IMG/VR virus record: IMGVR_UViG_3300035498_001325
Reading direction: 5' to 3' (one strand)
Origin: an uncultured virus (IMG/VR IMGVR_UViG_3300035498_001325)
Lineage: Duplodnaviria; Heunggongvirae; Uroviricota; Caudoviricetes
Length of the DNA stretch: 64,000 nucleotides
Below the pieces are notes generated by a model. It was not told where the DNA came from and ran no database searches. It worked only from the letters and a program-made list of their open reading frames with translations. The position numbers were made by a program, and so were the translations under genes. Of the stretch, positions 60,256-64,000 are shown in pieces; position 1 is the first letter of the stretch, and every line of letters begins with the position of its first letter.

Positions 60256-61200
60256 ATGCCAGATTTAAAGAATCAAGAAATCGACTACACTACTTATGGT
60301 TTAGGTTGTATACCTGATGAATATGACCCAAGAGATTATGTTTATACTCCACCAGCAGGTGCAAGCTCAACTATTTATCCTATATCATTTAGATTAAAGC
60401 AAATGCCTATTAAAAATCAACAGAATATTAATTCTTGTGTTGCTCACGCTTGTGCTTTGATTAAAGAAATACAAGAGTATTATGAAACAGGTAGAGAATT
60501 AAGATTTAGTGTTGGTTTCCTTTATGGTTACAGATTAAGTAATCAGTATCAAGGTGAGGGTATGTACCCAAGAGAAGCATTAACAAATATGTTAAATATT
60601 GGTAATGTTTTATATGATTTATTTCCTGAAAATTTCGAATATAACGATATTCAACCTATCGTTACAGCTAAAAAGGCTAACTGCTTAAAGAACGCAGGTG
60701 AATATAAGATTAAGAGCTATGCAAGAGTTACTGATTCTAACTCTGTAAAAGCTGCTCTTTATGGCAACAATTCTCCTGTTATGGTTATTTGTAATATTTA
60801 CAATAACTTCTATAAGGTAGATGGTAGTGGTATTGTTCCTAATAAGAGTGGTACTTCAACAGGTAGCCATGCAATGGTTATTATTGGTTGGACTACTTTA
60901 AACGACAAAGAATATTATGTTGTTCAGAACAGCTGGGGTCCTGAATGGGCAGATAATGGCTTATGCTATATTCCTACTGACAGTGATATTATTACTGATA
61001 TGTATACATCTGTTGATAAGGAAAATACAACCATTACATTCTCTGATGTAACAGGTGGTAAGCACTGGGCTGAAAGTTATATCAAGACTTGTGTAAAAGC
61101 AGGTTTAATCAATGGTTATACAGACGGCACTTTCAAACCTAACGATACAATTACAAGAGCTGAAATTTGTACTATGTTTGCTAAGTTGTTAAATAAATAA
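60256..61200 (+). CDS. Papain-like (C1A) cysteine peptidase with C-terminal SLH domain
   Basis: NQ...SCVAH, SHAM, QNSWG..W; FSDV..HWA..GLINGY-DGTFKPN..ITRAE. Confidence 0.88.
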   Translation: MPDLKNQEIDYTTYGLGCIPDEYDPRDYVYTPPAGASSTIYPISFRLKQMPIKNQQNINSCVAHACALIKEIQEYYETGRELRFSVGFLYGYRLSNQYQGEGMYPREALTNMLNIGNVLYDLFPENFEYNDIQPIVTAKKANCLKNAGEYKIKSYARVTDSNSVKAALYGNNSPVMVICNIYNNFYKVDGSGIVPNKSGTSTGSHAMVIIGWTTLNDKEYYVVQNSWGPEWADNGLCYIPTDSDIITDMYTSVDKENTTITFSDVTGGKHWAESYIKTCVKAGLINGYTDGTFKPNDTITRAEICTMFAKLLNK

Positions 61201-61284
61201 TTTATTAAGCAAAAGTGAACTATAAATTTTACTAAATATATAAGAAAAAGTAGTAGTAAATCAAATTTTACTACTACTTATTTT

Positions 61285-61818
61285 TTATTTTAAATAATTA
61301 TATATATCTATCCAATTATTAACCCTATGTAAAAGTTCTCCCTCATAAAATTCTTGATTATAAGGTCTGTTATATACTAAAACCTTTATTCTTCTTTTTA
61401 ATAAATCATATATATTGTATGGACTATCGTCAATCATAATATCTATATTATTATTTATACAAGCTTTTCCTTTATTACCTGCATTAAATAAAATATTATC
61501 ATATAAAATTCCATTTTCCTTTAACCATTTAATAGTTTCATCAGAAGAAGAATAATCTCTTGCGGTAATAATAATTATTTTATTATTTCTTTTTAATTTC
61601 TTAATAAAAAACTTAGCATACTTTTCAATAAACAAATCTGTATTATAGAAAGTATTTATCATTTCATCATATTCAATATCGCCAAGCTCATTTTTTAAAT
61701 AATTTGAATTATTATAATTTGATTTATCTAAAATAATATTGTAATTCTTTTCAAGGAAGTTCCAATATTCATCACAAAAATTATTTAATGTGCTATCTAT
61801 ATCTATACCAATATTCAT
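61285..61818 (-). CDS. HAD-family 5'(3')-deoxyribonucleotidase
   Basis: IGIDIDSTL, ITAR, K, MIDDSP, PYN. Confidence 0.85.
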   Translation of the reverse strand: MNIGIDIDSTLNNFCDEYWNFLEKNYNIILDKSNYNNSNYLKNELGDIEYDEMINTFYNTDLFIEKYAKFFIKKLKRNNKIIIITARDYSSSDETIKWLKENGILYDNILFNAGNKGKACINNNIDIMIDDSPYNIYDLLKRRIKVLVYNRPYNQEFYEGELLHRVNNWIDIYNYLK

Positions 61819-61903
61819 ATATAATCCACCTTAAAAAAACCTTTTTATTTTAATATAAAAGAAAGAGTTAAATTTATAAAAAAATAAAAAGGGGGAGTTT
61901 TTA

Positions 61904-62167
61904 ATGAAAAATATCAAATATACAGATAACATTATATCTAAGGTAAAAGAATTATTAAAAAATACCGAGTATAGTGATATTCTTAAATTTGGAAATATTA
62001 GCATTGAATATGCTGCTGGTTTCTATTTGTTAAACAATATTACTTTTAAGAAAAACGGTAAAGCAATTTATGTATATAATCATAGAATTGCTTCTGAAGA
62101 ACAAACCTTATTTATTTATGATAGTTTTGACGAACTAATTGATGGAAATGTAAAAAGAACAGTGTGA
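61904..62167 (+). CDS. Hypothetical protein
   Basis: SD ggggag. Confidence 0.6.
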   Translation: MKNIKYTDNIISKVKELLKNTEYSDILKFGNISIEYAAGFYLLNNITFKKNGKAIYVYNHRIASEEQTLFIYDSFDELIDGNVKRTV

Positions 62168-62185
62168 GAAAGGAAAAACATATAT

Positions 62186-62539
62186 ATGTTAAAAATATGG
62201 GAATTGCTGTATGATTTATTTATAACAGAAATTGATGATAAACATTTTATGAAAGACTTTTATTTTGTAGGAGATATTCTTTATATTCCTACAAATGACT
62301 TTGTTGTTAAAGTAGATGTAAAAAAATCAAATTGGGGCGATTATTACGACACTGTATGTTTTGAAGTAATAACAAAAAATGGTGTTATAGATAAAATTGA
62401 AATTAATTTAGGTGTACTTTTTAATTCTAAATTCATAAGTGGGAATATAGAATGGAAGCCCGAAGAACCTACCAAAGAAGAAATATTAGAAATAAGAAAG
62501 TTTTTACATAATGTATTAAAAATATATAGCAAAATTTAA
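62186..62539 (+). CDS. Hypothetical protein
   Basis: SD aagga; same operon. Confidence 0.65.
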   Translation: MLKIWELLYDLFITEIDDKHFMKDFYFVGDILYIPTNDFVVKVDVKKSNWGDYYDTVCFEVITKNGVIDKIEINLGVLFNSKFISGNIEWKPEEPTKEEILEIRKFLHNVLKIYSKI

Positions 62540-62560
62540 TAGAAATGAGGAAAAAACAAT

Positions 62561-64000
62561 ATGGAAACAAAATTAAAAGTAACATTATTAGATTACACAC
62601 CTGAACCTGAAAAGTTAATTGCAGCAGCAGCTAAATTGTGTTATAGTTCATCTGACATTGAACACTTATATGAAAACCAAACTCCTGAGAAAGTAGAAAG
62701 TTTTTTAAATAGATTGGTAAATATAGGACATTGTTTTGATGAAGAAACAGAAGTTCTTACTTCTACTGGATTTAAACCATGGAAAGATATAACAGAAAAC
62801 GACCTTATTGGAGCTATTAATCCCACAACGATTGAATTTGAAGGTTTTGAAAAACCAATTCAATTATTTAATTATGAAATAGATGATGATATGATTGAAT
62901 TTAATCATAAATTGTTAAGTTTAAAGGTTACGACAGGACATAATTTATTTTGTTCAATATCAAATACTGCTAAAAATAGAGTAAATCCTACATTTAAATT
63001 GATAAGAGCAGACGAAACATTAAGAACAGGTAAGGAAGTTTGGGAATCTCCATTAAGGATGTTAAGATGTGCTAACAATAAAAACAACGAAACCAATGAT
63101 AGTGATATTATCTTCGCATTATATGGTTTTTTTATTGGTGATGGAAGTACTACAACCAATCATTCAATTATTTTTCATTTAAAGAAAAAACGTAAAATAG
63201 ACTATTTAAAAAATTTATGTGAGAAATTAAATTTAAAGTTAGATATATTAAAGAATGATAAATATAGTATAAAAAACTTAAAGGATGATTTTAAAGAAAT
63301 GTTTTATAATGAAAACAAAGATAAAACATTTCCTAATTCTTTTTTTACAATGACTAAAAATCAATTTGATTATTTTTTAGAAGGGTTACATAATTCTGAT
63401 GGTAATTATATGGATTATATACGATATCATAAAAGTATATATTATTTCACAATGAGCAAAGAATTAAAAGATAAAATACAAGCTTTATGTGCAATAAACG
63501 GTAGAGCTACTTCTGTAAAAGTTAGAAAAACAGGTTGTTATGTAATCAATATAAACAGGAACAAAGATAATACCCCTATGTTTAATGATTCAAGAAATAA
63601 AAAAGCTCATGCACAAAAAGTACATTATAAAGGGAACGTATATTGTGCCACTATATCAACAGGGCTTTTAATGATAAGAAGAAATGGATTTGTTTGTTTA
63701 TGTGGAAATTGCTCGCCAATGGAACACATTTCATTTACATTTGGTATAGAAGGTGTTAGTAGAACTTTAACGCATCAATTAGTTAGACATAGAATCGGAT
63801 GTTCCTTCTCGCAAAAATCCCAGAGGTATGTGTCTGAGGAACAATTTGAATATATTATGCCTGAACAAATAAAAGATAATTACCATACAAAACAAATTTA
63901 TACTACTTTAATGCACGATATACAGCAGAAGTATAATGATATGGTGGATATTTTATTATATCAAAAAATAATGGATAACAATAAAGATTGGAAAGAATAT
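62561..64000 (+). CDS. thyX: FAD-dependent thymidylate synthase, intein-containing, runs off the window (not in ORF track)
   Basis: AAKLCY, GH|CSPMEH, GVSR..THQLVRHRIGCSFSQKSQRY. Confidence 0.92.
   Translation, partial: METKLKVTLLDYTPEPEKLIAAAAKLCYSSSDIEHLYENQTPEKVESFLNRLVNIGHCFDEETEVLTSTGFKPWKDITENDLIGAINPTTIEFEGFEKPIQLFNYEIDDDMIEFNHKLLSLKVTTGHNLFCSISNTAKNRVNPTFKLIRADETLRTGKEVWESPLRMLRCANNKNNETNDSDIIFALYGFFIGDGSTTTNHSIIFHLKKKRKIDYLKNLCEKLNLKLDILKNDKYSIKNLKDDFKEMFYNENKDKTFPNSFFTMTKNQFDYFLEGLHNSDGNYMDYIRYHKSIYYFTMSKELKDKIQALCAINGRATSVKVRKTGCYVININRNKDNTPMFNDSRNKKAHAQKVHYKGNVYCATISTGLLMIRRNGFVCLCGNCSPMEHISFTFGIEGVSRTLTHQLVRHRIGCSFSQKSQRYVSEEQFEYIMPEQIKDNYHTKQIYTTLMHDIQQKYNDMVDILLYQKIMDNNKDWKEY
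62732..63709 (+). mobile_element. Intein in ThyX with LAGLIDADG endonuclease, 326 aa
   Basis: CFDEETEVLT, VTTGHNL, YGFFIGDGS, FLEGLHNSDG, VYCAT..CGN|C. Confidence 0.9.

Noticed and set aside
804..63159. Short antisense or overlapping ORFs in the track (e.g. 804, 1078, 7650, 7682, 8012, 9916, 10791, 16112, 16606, 18058, 18802, 19201, 20647, 23625, 31216, 33971, 38717, 39304, 39949, 41035, 41320, 42465, 44065, 47292, 48364, 52802, 54559, 62344, 62641, 62905)
   Set aside because: They are shadows of better-supported genes, with no SD or recognisable motifs.
1..64000. tRNA, rRNA or CRISPR arrays
   Set aside because: No cloverleaf/T-loop signatures or regularly spaced repeats were noticed by eye; tRNAscan and CRISPR finders were not run.

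Overview
This is an AT-rich segment (roughly a quarter GC by eye) that looks like part of a large (jumbo-type) phage of a Bacillota/Clostridia host. It has perfect sigma-A promoters, standard genetic code, and no rRNA, tRNA or CRISPR array that I could see. It carries replication and recombination genes (dnaE, recA, sbcD, two SSBs, RuvC-like resolvase, recJ, thyX), a probable virion/adhesion module (39.7-51.8 kb), an IS200/IS605 tnpB element and many accessory genes. The ORF track misses several things. (1) dnaE is fractured by a naturally split intein: the C-half starts with a 38-aa IntC at 9031, and the likely IntN end lies at 1-86. The C-half is also interrupted by three ORF-less group I introns (leaving a 20-nt micro-exon) and a cis mini-intein. 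(2) recA is split into five exons by four ORF-less group I introns, one with a non-canonical junction. (3) thyX carries a LAGLIDADG intein. Candidate undescribed systems are an ADP-ribosyltransferase (R-S-E motifs) flanked by an ADP-ribosylhydrolase and two apparently catalytically dead paralogues, a family of otherwise divergent proteins sharing a C-terminal L-x-G-x5-K-L tail, a family sharing an N- or C-terminal KRL-x-x-K-A tag, several other pseudo-enzymes, and a conserved palindromic element in front of the sbcD and recA operons. All calls come from reading motifs by eye; no searches were run.
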